A stretch of DNA of 64,000 bases. It comes from Eubacteriales bacterium. GTDB taxonomy: Bacteria; Bacillota; Clostridia; Oscillospirales; UBA644. The notes below the pieces were generated by a model. That model ran no database searches and had not been told where the DNA came from. It was given only the letters and a program-made list of their open reading frames with translations. The stretch spans positions 19,280 to 83,279 of the forward strand of contig JAZUMQ010000052.1 in assembly GCA_045603745.1 (NCBI GenBank), given 5' to 3'. This document shows positions 28,833 to 37,897 of this stretch, piece after piece (position 1 is the first letter of the stretch; every line of letters begins with the position of its first letter). Position numbers and translations under genes: made by a program.

Positions 28833-30285
28833 ACGCAGGAAGAATGGGAAAGGGTTACTCCGACAGCGCAAGGACGGACGGTGGGAAGGTCGAGTCGTCG
28901 TCGGCTACGATGAGAAAGGTCTGCCGAAAACGAAAAACGTACTTGCCAAGACCAAGACTGAGTGTGCCGAGAAGCTGGAAAAGCTTCGCGAGGAGTACCG
29001 ACCGCCGAGCACACGGTGCAAGCCGGATATGCTCTTCGGCGACTATATCGACTTCTGGTATGAAAACTTCTGCAAGCCCGCCGTCCGCCCGCTGACTCAG
29101 CAAAACTACGAGAACCGCATCTACGATCACATCATTCCCGAGATTGGAAAGATCCCGCTGAACAAGCTGTCGCAGAACGATCTGCAGCAGTTCTACGCTC
29201 GGCTGAAGAAGAACGGACGGAGGATTCGCGTGGAGCAGTATGGTCCCGAGCTGGCCGACCGAATGGTGCGCGCCTGCCACGCAAGCTGCCGCTCTGCGCT
29301 GGAAAAGGCGGTGGAGGACGGACTCATCCGTACCAATCCCGCCATCGGCTGTAAGCTCCCGCCGAAGAAGGCCCACGAGATGCAGGTGCTGTCCCGCGAG
29401 GATCTCGGGCGGTTCCTGAAGCAAGCCAAGGAGGATGGCTTCTATGAATTCTTCCTGATGGAGCTTGGCACGGGGATGCGCCGCGGCGAAATGCTTGGAC
29501 TACAATGGGATGACCTCAACTTCCGCACGGGCGAGCTTCACGTCTGCCGTCAGGTGTGTGCCGTGGACGGAAAGCTGGAAATATCCGTGCCGAAAACGAA
29601 ATCGTCGGTGCGCACCATTGTGCTTCCGCCATCGCTTGTGGCGGTGCTGAAGGAGTATAAGAAAACGGTGGATTCGAGATGGATGTTCCCGTCACCGCAA
29701 AACTCCGACTCGCCGAGATATCCCACGGGAACGAGCGATATTCTCGGAAGGATCCTTCGCCGTGCGGGATGTAAGCGCGTCCGCTTCCACGATCTGCGCC
29801 ACACATTCGCGACCATGGCGCTGGAAAACGGAATGGACGTCAAAACCTTGTCGGCAACCATCGGTCACGTGTCTGCGGCGACCACGCTTGATATATACAG
29901 CCATATGACTGATACGATGCAGATGCAGGCGGCGGTGAACATTGACCGCAAGATCGGCGGAACGGACGCGCAGATGCCCGAGGTAAAGCAAACACACGAG
30001 CAGAGCACGAACACGCCCGTAAACGCAATGTACGAGCCTACAGAGCCCCATCCCGAGCCCGTGCCGAGAAAGATACGCAAGTCGGGCACCGGATGCATCT
30101 ATCAGATCAATGATCACCTCTGGGAAGGCAGCTTCTATCCGAGACTGCCAAACGGCAAGCGGAAGAAGTTCAACGTCTACGCCGAAACGCGAGAGCAGTG
30201 CGAAATAAAACTCGCCGAAATGATCGCCGAAAAGAAAGCGGAGATTGCAGAAGAAAAGGCAAAACGAAAAGAGGGCGCCGAGTAA
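28825..30285 (+). CDS. tyrosine integrase 2 with an extra C-terminal arm-binding-like domain
   Basis: TGMRRGE, FHDLRHT, IGH, YSH; C-terminal RKSGTGCIYQ...WEG...VYAETREQC repeats the N-terminal domain pattern. Confidence 0.95.
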   Translation: MAKRRKNGKGLLRQRKDGRWEGRVVVGYDEKGLPKTKNVLAKTKTECAEKLEKLREEYRPPSTRCKPDMLFGDYIDFWYENFCKPAVRPLTQQNYENRIYDHIIPEIGKIPLNKLSQNDLQQFYARLKKNGRRIRVEQYGPELADRMVRACHASCRSALEKAVEDGLIRTNPAIGCKLPPKKAHEMQVLSREDLGRFLKQAKEDGFYEFFLMELGTGMRRGEMLGLQWDDLNFRTGELHVCRQVCAVDGKLEISVPKTKSSVRTIVLPPSLVAVLKEYKKTVDSRWMFPSPQNSDSPRYPTGTSDILGRILRRAGCKRVRFHDLRHTFATMALENGMDVKTLSATIGHVSAATTLDIYSHMTDTMQMQAAVNIDRKIGGTDAQMPEVKQTHEQSTNTPVNAMYEPTEPHPEPVPRKIRKSGTGCIYQINDHLWEGSFYPRLPNGKRKKFNVYAETREQCEIKLAEMIAEKKAEIAEEKAKRKEGAE

Positions 30286-30293
30286 CGGCGCCC

Positions 30294-30322
30294 TCAACTG
30301 TTGGTATGCAGTAAACAAAGAA
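30294..30322 (+). repeat. 29-bp module-boundary site, copy 4
   Basis: TCAACTGTTGGTATGCAGTAAACAAAGAA. Confidence 0.8.
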
Positions 30323-30466
30323 GAGCCCGAAGTATCTTCAAAATTTAAGTTGAATGATTAGAATTCCCTTATTTTTGAAACAATATTAAGGAGATATTCC
30401 CTCATACCATTGACAATTCCCTTATAATATGATATAATTTGAGGGAAAGAAGGCGAGGTTAAGGCT

Positions 30467-31513
30467 ATGAGAACATTTAACTACTCAATAATTAGCGAAC
30501 AAAAATGGGATTCGGAGCTGCTTGGCTTGATAGCTGCCATTTACAAGGAAGCCGGAAAGCAAGAGATGTATCTCAAGCAACGCCCGGAAGAGCTTGAAAA
30601 GCTCGTTGAGATTGCAAAGGTGCAGAGTACCGAAAGTTCCAATGCGATTGAAGGTATCGTTACGACCAACACGAGAATCAGGCAGATCGTAGTGGATAAG
30701 ACCACGCCCAAAAATAGAGATGAGCAAGAGATTGCCGGATACCGTGATGTATTAAGTATCATCCACGAGAGCTTTGATGCCATCCCGATCACTCCTAATT
30801 ACATTCTGCAACTCCATAAAATTCTGTATAGCCATATGAATAACCCTGCGGCAGGCAGAACAAAGAGCGTACAGAATTACATTAGCGCAACCTATCCCGA
30901 CGGTAGTACGAGAACGTTGTTCACTCCGCTCAATCCGCTTGAAACGCCTACCGCACTCGAAAGCATATGTAACGAATTTAATCGAGTAATCGGTAATAAT
31001 GAGTTAGAGCCGCTCATTGCGATTCCGATATTCATCCACGATTTTCTTTGCATCCATCCGTTCAATGACGGAAACGGCAGAATGAGCCGTTTGCTCACAA
31101 CTCTGCTCCTTTATAGAAGCGGGTTCTATGTTGGAAAATATATATCGCTCGAAGCAAAGATAGCGGTGAATAAGGACTTGTACTACGATGCGCTTGCCAA
31201 AGCGCAGAACGGTTGGCACGAAGGAAATGCCGATGCCGTTCCGTTCATCAAATATCTGCTTGGCACGATACTTGCAGCCTATAAGGATTTTGATGACAGG
31301 TTTGCGCTCGTGGAAACAAAGTTGCCGGCACTTGAAACTGTTCGCCGTGCAACGTTGAATAAAATCGGCAGATTCTCAAAGCAAGATATCCGAGAGCTTT
31401 GTCCTTCACTAAGCATAAGCTCTATCGAAGGTGCGCTTCGCAAGTTGGTTGCTGAAGGGGAAATCAAGCGTGAGGGTAACGGAAAGAATATTAAGTATTT
31501 CAGACTCAAATAA
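30467..31513 (+). CDS. Fic family protein with C-terminal HTH
   Basis: HPFNDGNGRMSR motif; SNAIEG; own TTGACA-17-TATAAT promoter at 30410-30438. Confidence 0.9.
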   Translation: MRTFNYSIISEQKWDSELLGLIAAIYKEAGKQEMYLKQRPEELEKLVEIAKVQSTESSNAIEGIVTTNTRIRQIVVDKTTPKNRDEQEIAGYRDVLSIIHESFDAIPITPNYILQLHKILYSHMNNPAAGRTKSVQNYISATYPDGSTRTLFTPLNPLETPTALESICNEFNRVIGNNELEPLIAIPIFIHDFLCIHPFNDGNGRMSRLLTTLLLYRSGFYVGKYISLEAKIAVNKDLYYDALAKAQNGWHEGNADAVPFIKYLLGTILAAYKDFDDRFALVETKLPALETVRRATLNKIGRFSKQDIRELCPSLSISSIEGALRKLVAEGEIKREGNGKNIKYFRLK

Positions 31514-31560
31514 AAATTCAGTCCGGATGCAATAAAACTGTTTGAGGAAGAATAAAGTAC

Positions 31561-31589
31561 TCAACGATTGCTCCGCAGTAAACAAAGAA
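31561..31589 (+). repeat. 29-bp module-boundary site, copy 5
   Basis: TCAACGATTGCTCCGCAGTAAACAAAGAA. Confidence 0.85.
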
Positions 31590-31715
31590 AGGCAAAACGA
31601 AAAGAGGGCGCCGAATAGGTGCCCTCTTTTGTGGCATTAAATCGAATTAATACTACAAATGTATTGACAATTGAGCGGAAGTATGGTATAATTAGGGTGC
31701 AAAGGCGGTGAAGTT

Positions 31716-32165
31716 TTGAAAACGTACAGTGTAAAAGAAATTGCAGATCTGCTTAACACGAATCCGGAAACAGTTCGAAGATGGATTCGGGATAAGAAAC
31801 TGGAGGCAACAATTGAGTCAAAAAAGGGTGGACATATAGTATATGAGTCAGCTCTCCATACTTTTTTGAAAACATCTCCAAAATACGCATCAATAGCAAG
31901 TACGGCACTTATGTCAACCGTAATGGTTGGAGGTTTGATAGCGCAAAAAATCATTGACATCGAACAGTTGAAAAAAGCACGAATTTCCGATGCGGATATA
32001 ATCAAATTTCTAAAATCCGAAATAGGGTCTCGGGAGGCTTCAATTAAAAGCAAAGAGGATACCATATCACAGCTCAATATGCAGATCAGGTCTGATCAAA
32101 TACAGATCGAGGCTTTTCAGCAAATGATAGATGCACTATGTGCAGGGAAAGGAGAAACTCAATGA
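31716..32165 (+). CDS. excisionase/MerR-like HTH protein with coiled coil
   Basis: YSVKEIADLL..NPETVRRWIR; promoter TTGACA-17-TATAAT at 31664-31692. Confidence 0.75.
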   Translation: MKTYSVKEIADLLNTNPETVRRWIRDKKLEATIESKKGGHIVYESALHTFLKTSPKYASIASTALMSTVMVGGLIAQKIIDIEQLKKARISDADIIKFLKSEIGSREASIKSKEDTISQLNMQIRSDQIQIEAFQQMIDALCAGKGETQ

Positions 32166-32941
32166 AGAACGATGGAAAAAAGGTTGTGAACATTGGCGAC
32201 CGAGTTACATACTTTTACATAAAAAATATCAAGAAATGGATGTTTTGTCCGGCATGCAAAAACGGAAAAATGAGCTTTAATAAGAAAAACTCGCATTGGG
32301 TATGCGAGGATTGTGGCTATAGTTTCTCAGAGGAGTATTTCTTGGATGATTGTGTTTTCTGGTTCTGCGATGAGTGCGAAACATATCTCAACAACCAAGA
32401 AGGATTTGACCGTCATGCTTCGAAGCATATTTGCCGAAACTGTGGTTATGAAAACGATACTACATTTGAAAATATCAAAGGAACTTGCTCCGATTGCGGG
32501 AAAATGCTTCCCGACCCGGACGCGACTCTTTGCGCGGACTGCAGACAAGCTCGCAGAGAGAAAGCAAAGCAATGGCTCATTACCGCAGGTAAAGTTGCGG
32601 CAGGTATTGCCGTTGTAGTGGGAGCTGCTGTTCTTGCCGCCTCGTCAGCCGAGGATGATACTTCTACAGATTATACACCTCTCCCCGATGATGACAGTAG
32701 TGATGACGAAGTATATGGATTGGGAGAAGGTAAATATCCTACTTGTAAAACTTGCGGGGCAAAAATGACTGGCTTCGATGGTTGGGCGTGGTATACTTGT
32801 CCTGAATGTGAGGACAAAGTTAGAATTATCGAAGGAAAAGAAACATGGTACGATGAAATTTTCGGAAAAGGCAAAAAAGAGCATCACTCTGATTTCGAAC
32901 TCGCTGATTTTTGCCGTGGCGGCGATTTAACTGAAGACTAA
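32162..32941 (+). CDS. multi-Zn-ribbon membrane-anchored protein
   Basis: Eight CxxC pairs, one central hydrophobic helix. Confidence 0.7.
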   Translation: MKNDGKKVVNIGDRVTYFYIKNIKKWMFCPACKNGKMSFNKKNSHWVCEDCGYSFSEEYFLDDCVFWFCDECETYLNNQEGFDRHASKHICRNCGYENDTTFENIKGTCSDCGKMLPDPDATLCADCRQARREKAKQWLITAGKVAAGIAVVVGAAVLAASSAEDDTSTDYTPLPDDDSSDDEVYGLGEGKYPTCKTCGAKMTGFDGWAWYTCPECEDKVRIIEGKETWYDEIFGKGKKEHHSDFELADFCRGGDLTED

Positions 32942-32956
32942 TAGGGAGGTCTGATT

Positions 32957-33199
32957 ATGGGAAGAATGTCTGCACGCTTTGTTGGACAAATGGTTGGAAT
33001 GAGTACAGAGTGGGTTTATGGCATGTGGAAAGATATGGGGCTTGTCATCAAAGACAAGTTTGGCGATTGGGCATTGACCGAAGTTGGAAGAAGTATCGGC
33101 GGAAGAATGTCAAAAAGCAATCATTGTCCTGTGCCCACATTTGACTTTGCAGTAATCGAAAAAATGATGATGGATTTTTATAATAAACATCGAAAGTAA
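32957..33199 (+). CDS. small hypothetical protein
   Basis: GGGAGGT SD; operonic with the upstream genes. Confidence 0.65.
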   Translation: MGRMSARFVGQMVGMSTEWVYGMWKDMGLVIKDKFGDWALTEVGRSIGGRMSKSNHCPVPTFDFAVIEKMMMDFYNKHRK

Positions 33200-33210
33200 T
33201 GTGGTGACAT

Positions 33211-33239
33211 TCAAAAATCACACCGCAATAAACAAAGAA
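33211..33239 (+). repeat. 29-bp module-boundary site, copy 6
   Basis: TCAAAAATCACACCGCAATAAACAAAGAA. Confidence 0.75.
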
Positions 33240-33271
33240 AAGGCTCTGAGAAATCAATCTCAGAGCCTTTT

Positions 33272-33347
33272 TGGTCGGAGTGACAGGGTTCGAACCTGCG
33301 GCCTCAACATCCCAAATGTCGCGCGCTCCCAACTGCGCCACACCCCG
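33272..33347 (-). tRNA. tRNA-Pro(UGG), complete, element-encoded
   Basis: 76-nt cloverleaf CGGGGTG/CACTCCG, loop TTTGGGA, TTCGAAC, CCA; terminator hairpin 33238-33271. Confidence 0.95.
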
Positions 33348-33379
33348 ATTTTATATTGAATTTTTAAGATTTTGCGTAG

Positions 33380-33401
33380 AAGTGGGACAAACTGTGGTCA
33401 A
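33380..33401 (+). repeat. integrase arm-type site (right)
   Basis: Direct repeat of 3697-3718. Confidence 0.7.
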
Positions 33402-33552
33402 ACGCAAAATCTACGCTTTTTTGTGAATTTACAAAGTGCCGAAAACCCGCATAAATAAAGGCGATTTCTTCAGTGTTTGCAATGGTTTTGGGGATTTGTT
33501 TTTCGGCGCGGCGCGCCGTTTTTGCCCGCGGGGGCTCCCCGCTTGTTCACGC

Positions 33553-33590
33553 TCCCAAACCAGGCGCTCTACCAGGTGAGCTACACCTCG
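33553..33590 (-). pseudogene. 5' half of split host tRNA-Pro(UGG); right attachment junction
   Basis: Reverse complement CGAGGTG-TA-GCTC-ACCTGGTA-GAGC-G-CCTGG-TTTGGGA; stems pair with the 3538-3582 half. Confidence 0.9.
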
Positions 33591-33639
33591 AAATATTTCT
33601 ATGAATTTGAAAGAGAACAACGATTCAAAAGTTGTTGTT

Positions 33640-33668
33640 ATTATAACAAATTATTTTAAGATTGTCAA
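33640..33668 (-). promoter_or_regulatory. host tRNA-Pro promoter
   Basis: TTGACA-17-TATAAT on the minus strand. Confidence 0.8.
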
Positions 33669-33720
33669 TGAAATAATCTTGACATTTTAAAATACCTTTT
33701 AGACAATAAGCAATATACAA

Positions 33721-34224
33721 TTAAAACAAATTTTTCTTTCGATACATTTCGTCCAAATCCATGCGCAATGCTTTTTGATTGCACGTCCCCTTACGGATAT
33801 AGACGTCACCTTTTTCAATTTGATTGTTTTTTCCGCAATTTTCCTGAATCACATAAGGACGATCGGTGTTGTCTTTGGAAATTTTAATATAGGCAACCAG
33901 TCTCCCTTGATAACGGAAGATTTCCGATTCGATTTGGACAAAAGGCTCCACGGTACGTTCCAAATAATTATCCATAGAATCCAAAGAAATATATGTATCG
34001 GGACGAATCCCCACGATTTTCCGAGATTTGTCATCTACACCAAAAATGATATAGCGATCTTCCTCGGAATTTAAATTTGCAAAAGCGGCAATATCCTTTG
34101 CAAAATCCGTATCCCGAAGATTTTTATAAAAATCCCGCTTAAAGTCCACGTGCATGGATTCATTTTTATTTTGGATGTGGGCGATGACAACCTCTTTATT
34201 CCCCATACAAACCATCCTTCCCAT
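33721..34224 (-). CDS. Schlafen/AlbA_2-domain protein
   Basis: ESMHVDFK, KDIAAFAN, YIIFGVDD, YIRKG. Confidence 0.8.
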   Translation of the reverse strand: MGRMVCMGNKEVVIAHIQNKNESMHVDFKRDFYKNLRDTDFAKDIAAFANLNSEEDRYIIFGVDDKSRKIVGIRPDTYISLDSMDNYLERTVEPFVQIESEIFRYQGRLVAYIKISKDNTDRPYVIQENCGKNNQIEKGDVYIRKGTCNQKALRMDLDEMYRKKNLF

Positions 34225-34377
34225 CTATATAATAGCATATTTCCAAGAAAAAATCAACCCCCAACTAAAGAAAAATTATTTTTGAACTTTCTGTATATAT
34301 TACATATAAAATGTTGACAAGTCAACTTTTTATGGATATAATAAAGGCGAGAAAAAATATCAATAGAGGAGTTTTAT

Positions 34378-34824
34378 ATGGTCGATCGTTTTGAACGGTT
34401 TGTTTCGGTTATCTCAGGCATTTCCCGAAATCTTCACAAAATCATGTCAGAAGAAATGGAAAAATACGGTTTAAAAGGACCTTATGCCGTATATCTTGTA
34501 GCAATGCAACGACACCCTCAAGGGATTACTGCCGCCCGTCTTTCCGAAATTTGCGAAAAAAACAAAGCTGCCGTTTCTCGCGCCGTGGCTGATTTAGAAA
34601 CAATGAACCTAATCCGCAAAGAAGGAGGGAATTACCGTTCACGACTACTTTTAACGGAGGAAGGCAAAAAAGCTGCAACCTATGTTTGTGAACGGGCTTC
34701 GCTTGCCGTTGACATGGCAGGGAAAGGCTTAACAAATGAGCAACGGAAGGTTTTTTATGAGTCTATGGGGATAATCGCAAAAAATCTGCAAATCCTTGGA
34801 GCACAAGGACTCACTTCGCAGTAA
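34378..34824 (+). CDS. MarR-family regulator
   Basis: KAAVSRAVADLE...LTEEGK wHTH. Confidence 0.85.
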   Translation: MVDRFERFVSVISGISRNLHKIMSEEMEKYGLKGPYAVYLVAMQRHPQGITAARLSEICEKNKAAVSRAVADLETMNLIRKEGGNYRSRLLLTEEGKKAATYVCERASLAVDMAGKGLTNEQRKVFYESMGIIAKNLQILGAQGLTSQ

Positions 34825-34885
34825 TTGAAGGAAATCCTATCAGTGTAAAAAAACAGAACCTTGGAGAATTATTGTTTTACTAACA

Positions 34886-35013
34886 AAAATCCACTCTCTC
34901 TTAATGATTAATGAATGATGAAAAATGAATAGTGAATAATACAAAACGAAAATCCGCCCTCTCACGAGAACGGATTTTCGTTTTGGTGCGGGTAACAGGA
35001 CTTGAACCTGCAC
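34886..35013. repeat. 128-bp near-identical repeat (tRNA-Leu 3' end plus trailer), copy 1
   Basis: Matches 58727-58854. Confidence 0.85.
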
Positions 35014-35067
35014 GTCGGGGACACCAGATCCTAAGTCTGGCGCGTCTGCCAATTCCGCCACACCCGC
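34984..35067 (-). tRNA. tRNA-Leu(UAG)
   Basis: GCGGGTG..., anticodon loop CTTAGGA, long variable arm, CCA. Confidence 0.95.
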
Positions 35068-35160
35068 ATATAACTACCTTTGTATTGTACCATAAACAAA
35101 ATGTTTTGTCAAGTCATTTGCGGGTAAAATTTTGATTTTATAATTTAGTTAACATTTCTT

Positions 35161-36582
35161 TTAATTCTCAAAATTATTACGTGTCACAATTTTCTCTAAT
35201 CGACGTTTTTTTGCCAAACGAAGAACGGTAAAAAACACTGCAAAACACATTAATACCAATATGACAATCATAGTAACCGCAAGAGTCCGATAATCCGCTT
35301 GTTCATAATTATCATCGGATTGCATTAAGTCAGTATCAATATTTGTGTTGGTATCCGTAGTTGTGTTTTCAATATCAGTATCCGTAATTTCCGGTTCGGG
35401 TTCCACCCAAGTAGTCAAACATTCTTCCGGGATATTCTCTAAAAAATCATTTTTTAACGTATCCGGGCCAACCGTTGTAGAATACAATCCGAACAAACCG
35501 TTTCCATATCTTGCCCGATTATCCAATGACATTGAGAAAAAGGTTCGTTGCGATACGTGTTGATCGAACCCGGCTTGTGCCATATCATAAGCATTGACTC
35601 CGCCAAAAGCCGATAATTCTTTTTCTTTCCAGTTAATAAAAATCTGATTTTCCTGATACAAATGGAGATAACATTTTTTCGTTTCCCACGTTCCATACAT
35701 ACTCAAACTATCCGGAAACCGTTCCGAATCGTTAGCGGCAGAAAGGGCCTGCTCCGACAAGACTTTTGCATTCAGGATATGGGCACCGTGACCGTATTCT
35801 CCGTCCAAATCGTGACCAACAATCACTTCCGGTTTGAATCGGCGAATGTTTTCTACTAAAAATTCCAAAACTTCTTCTTCGGGATAATATGACTGCGCTT
35901 GTTTCAGATTTGCACAGTATTTATCAATAAATTCGGAGATAACCGGGTAATTACGAACCCCCACCGTCCAAAGACCGTTAATCAGTTCATGATGCCGACC
36001 ATAAACGTGTTTCATCAAATACACAACTTGGATTTTATATCCCAATTCTCCCGCATAATATGGCATCGTTCCTCCAAACCAAAGATGTTCATCGTCTGCG
36101 TGGGTGGGCAATAAAAGAAAATCCGCTTTTTCGCAAGGAGGTTCCCAAACTTGTACAAAATCGGGCAATTCTCCCTCACCCAACAGATATACATCTGCCA
36201 AATACCCTTCCCCTTCCCATGTAAGGGTGTAAGATTTTTCTCCTTGCAAGGCTTTGTATTCATGCCAAAAACCATATTCTCCGCCGGAAACAGAATCGCT
36301 TTCTCCCACCAAATTCCAAAGAGGCGGTGTATGATTCCACATGAGATAAATACCGAAAATCGGTTCATCGGAAGTAATTTGCAGTTCAAAATCTTCTTTA
36401 GAAGAACACGCAGTGGTTACCGTACGATCACATAACCGGGAAACAGATCCACTCCCCGAAATCAATTGAAAAGAATTTTTTTTCGTAATATCTTTCGCTA
36501 CAGTAGATTCTTCTCCATAAAAAGTAAAAACTATTGCAAAAAAACATGCAAAAAACAAAAAAGTACCGGCGATTCTTTTCAT
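35161..36582 (-). CDS. PIG-L family deacetylase, membrane anchored
   Basis: HADDE and GEYGHGAH motifs; N-terminal signal and C-terminal TM. Confidence 0.85.
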   Translation of the reverse strand: MKRIAGTFLFFACFFAIVFTFYGEESTVAKDITKKNSFQLISGSGSVSRLCDRTVTTACSSKEDFELQITSDEPIFGIYLMWNHTPPLWNLVGESDSVSGGEYGFWHEYKALQGEKSYTLTWEGEGYLADVYLLGEGELPDFVQVWEPPCEKADFLLLPTHADDEHLWFGGTMPYYAGELGYKIQVVYLMKHVYGRHHELINGLWTVGVRNYPVISEFIDKYCANLKQAQSYYPEEEVLEFLVENIRRFKPEVIVGHDLDGEYGHGAHILNAKVLSEQALSAANDSERFPDSLSMYGTWETKKCYLHLYQENQIFINWKEKELSAFGGVNAYDMAQAGFDQHVSQRTFFSMSLDNRARYGNGLFGLYSTTVGPDTLKNDFLENIPEECLTTWVEPEPEITDTDIENTTTDTNTNIDTDLMQSDDNYEQADYRTLAVTMIVILVLMCFAVFFTVLRLAKKRRLEKIVTRNNFEN

Positions 36583-36769
36583 ATTTCCTCCATTATTGTA
36601 CTATTTAACTCATTATAACATCTGTTTTAAACTTTGTCAAGAGCAAGCCGATTTTGACTTTTTTGAAACATCAAGTCGATAAAAGCATTTTTTTTAACAA
36701 ATTTCTTGACAATATCCCAAATTTGCGATATAATAGTTTCATAAATCTATAAAAAGAGAGGAATTTACA

Positions 36770-37276
36770 ATGAAAACGACATTTTTCAAGGATTTTAAAG
36801 CTTTTATCACAAGAGGCAGTGTCATCGACATGGCTGTCGGTGTCGTCATCGGCGGTTCATTCGGTAAAATTGTTACAGGACTTGTCAATTACATCATTAA
36901 CCCCTGCGTTGCTCTGTTTGTAAAAAGCGGAAGCTTGGATTCCATTAAAACCGTGATCACTTCCGAAGTGCTTGACGAAGCCGGAGAAGTTCTGACTCCC
37001 GAAGTTGCAATTCTGTGGGGAACTTGGGCACAAACGATAATTGATTTTCTGATTACTGCACTGTGTATTTTCTGTGTTCTTCGTGTTATCATGATTGCTA
37101 AAAACAAAATGGAAGCTAAGAAAATTGCGGCAGAACAAGCAAAAGCCGAAGAAGAAAAAGCAAAGGCCGATGAAGCTGCAGCCGCGCTGGAAGCACGTCA
37201 AAACGCCTTGGAAGAAGCCCAGCTCAGTCAAGCTAAACTTCTGGAAGAAATCAGAGATATTCTCAAAACTAAATAA
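36770..37276 (+). CDS. mscL: large-conductance mechanosensitive channel
   Basis: FKAFITRGSVIDMAVGVVIGG. Confidence 0.95.
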   Translation: MKTTFFKDFKAFITRGSVIDMAVGVVIGGSFGKIVTGLVNYIINPCVALFVKSGSLDSIKTVITSEVLDEAGEVLTPEVAILWGTWAQTIIDFLITALCIFCVLRVIMIAKNKMEAKKIAAEQAKAEEEKAKADEAAAALEARQNALEEAQLSQAKLLEEIRDILKTK

Positions 37277-37409
37277 ATCAAAGAAATACTTAAATGCATC
37301 ACTAAAGATTGGTGGTGCATTTTTCTGTGAAAAAATTGGAGATAAGTTTATCAAAATAACCACTTGATTTTTTTTAAATAATGTGATATAATAATCAAGC
37401 ATCATATTC

Positions 37410-37752
37410 GGGGGCGTACCGGATTTCGACGGGGATTTGAAACCCTGATGTGCGAGCAGTGCGCAAATCACTTAAACTTGCAATTTTAAAATTAAACGCT
37501 AATTCTAACGAATTGGTCGCTGCCTAATTAGGCAGCCGTTCCCTCCCGGAGGACTGCGGCCGGGAACGGAGCGTCGACAAGCAGTGAACGTTACTTGACG
37601 GTGTCGAGAGTCATTTAATGAACAATTTCGGCTATCCCGGTGACGGATTTGTCTCTTGTTCCTATCCGGCGAACACAAACAACCGACTACGCTCGTAGTA
37701 CATCTTGGCAACGGATCTTCGGACACGGGTTCAACTCCCGTCGCCTCCACCA
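37410..37752 (+). ncRNA. ssrA: tmRNA
   Basis: GGGGGCG...GGATTTCGAC 5' end; GGTTCAACTCCCGTCGCCTCCACCA 3' end; tag ORF ANSNELVAA* at 37498-37527. Confidence 0.95.
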
Positions 37753-37856
37753 AAACAAAAAATCCCGAAACTGCAACAGTTTCGGGATTTTTCCTTTATT
37801 ATCAATACTTTAAGCGTTTTTCGTTATTCCGAAATCTTGGTGTGTTTCGTTTGATT

Positions 37857-37897
37857 TTCCGACACAAAACATACAATTCCGACACGAATTCCGACAC
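37857..37897 (+). repeat. TTCCGACAC x3, arm-type-like sites of a decayed element at ssrA
   Basis: Copies at 37857, 37877, 37889. Confidence 0.6.

Larger units (their letters stand above)
3576..33559. mobile_element. ~30 kb integrative element / genomic island inserted in the tRNA-Pro(UGG) anticodon loop
   Basis: 7-bp TCCCAAA at 3576-3582 and 33553-33559 flanked by complementary tRNA halves; 22-bp arm-like repeats near both ends; tandem tyrosine integrases, Xis, LexA-like repressor, defence cargo. Confidence 0.9.

Noticed and set aside
27504..30318. Multiple long antisense and alternate-frame ORFs over the integrases
   Set aside because: Expected in this GC-richer coding sequence; no SD or motifs.
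3917..33239. 29-bp repeats as a CRISPR array
   Set aside because: Spacing is kilobases and irregular, the copies are degenerate, and no cas genes are present.
33048..33659. Short ORFs around the tRNA-Pro region (also 34840-35135, 37505-37753, 58720-58905)
   Set aside because: Spurious translations of tRNA/tmRNA sequence.
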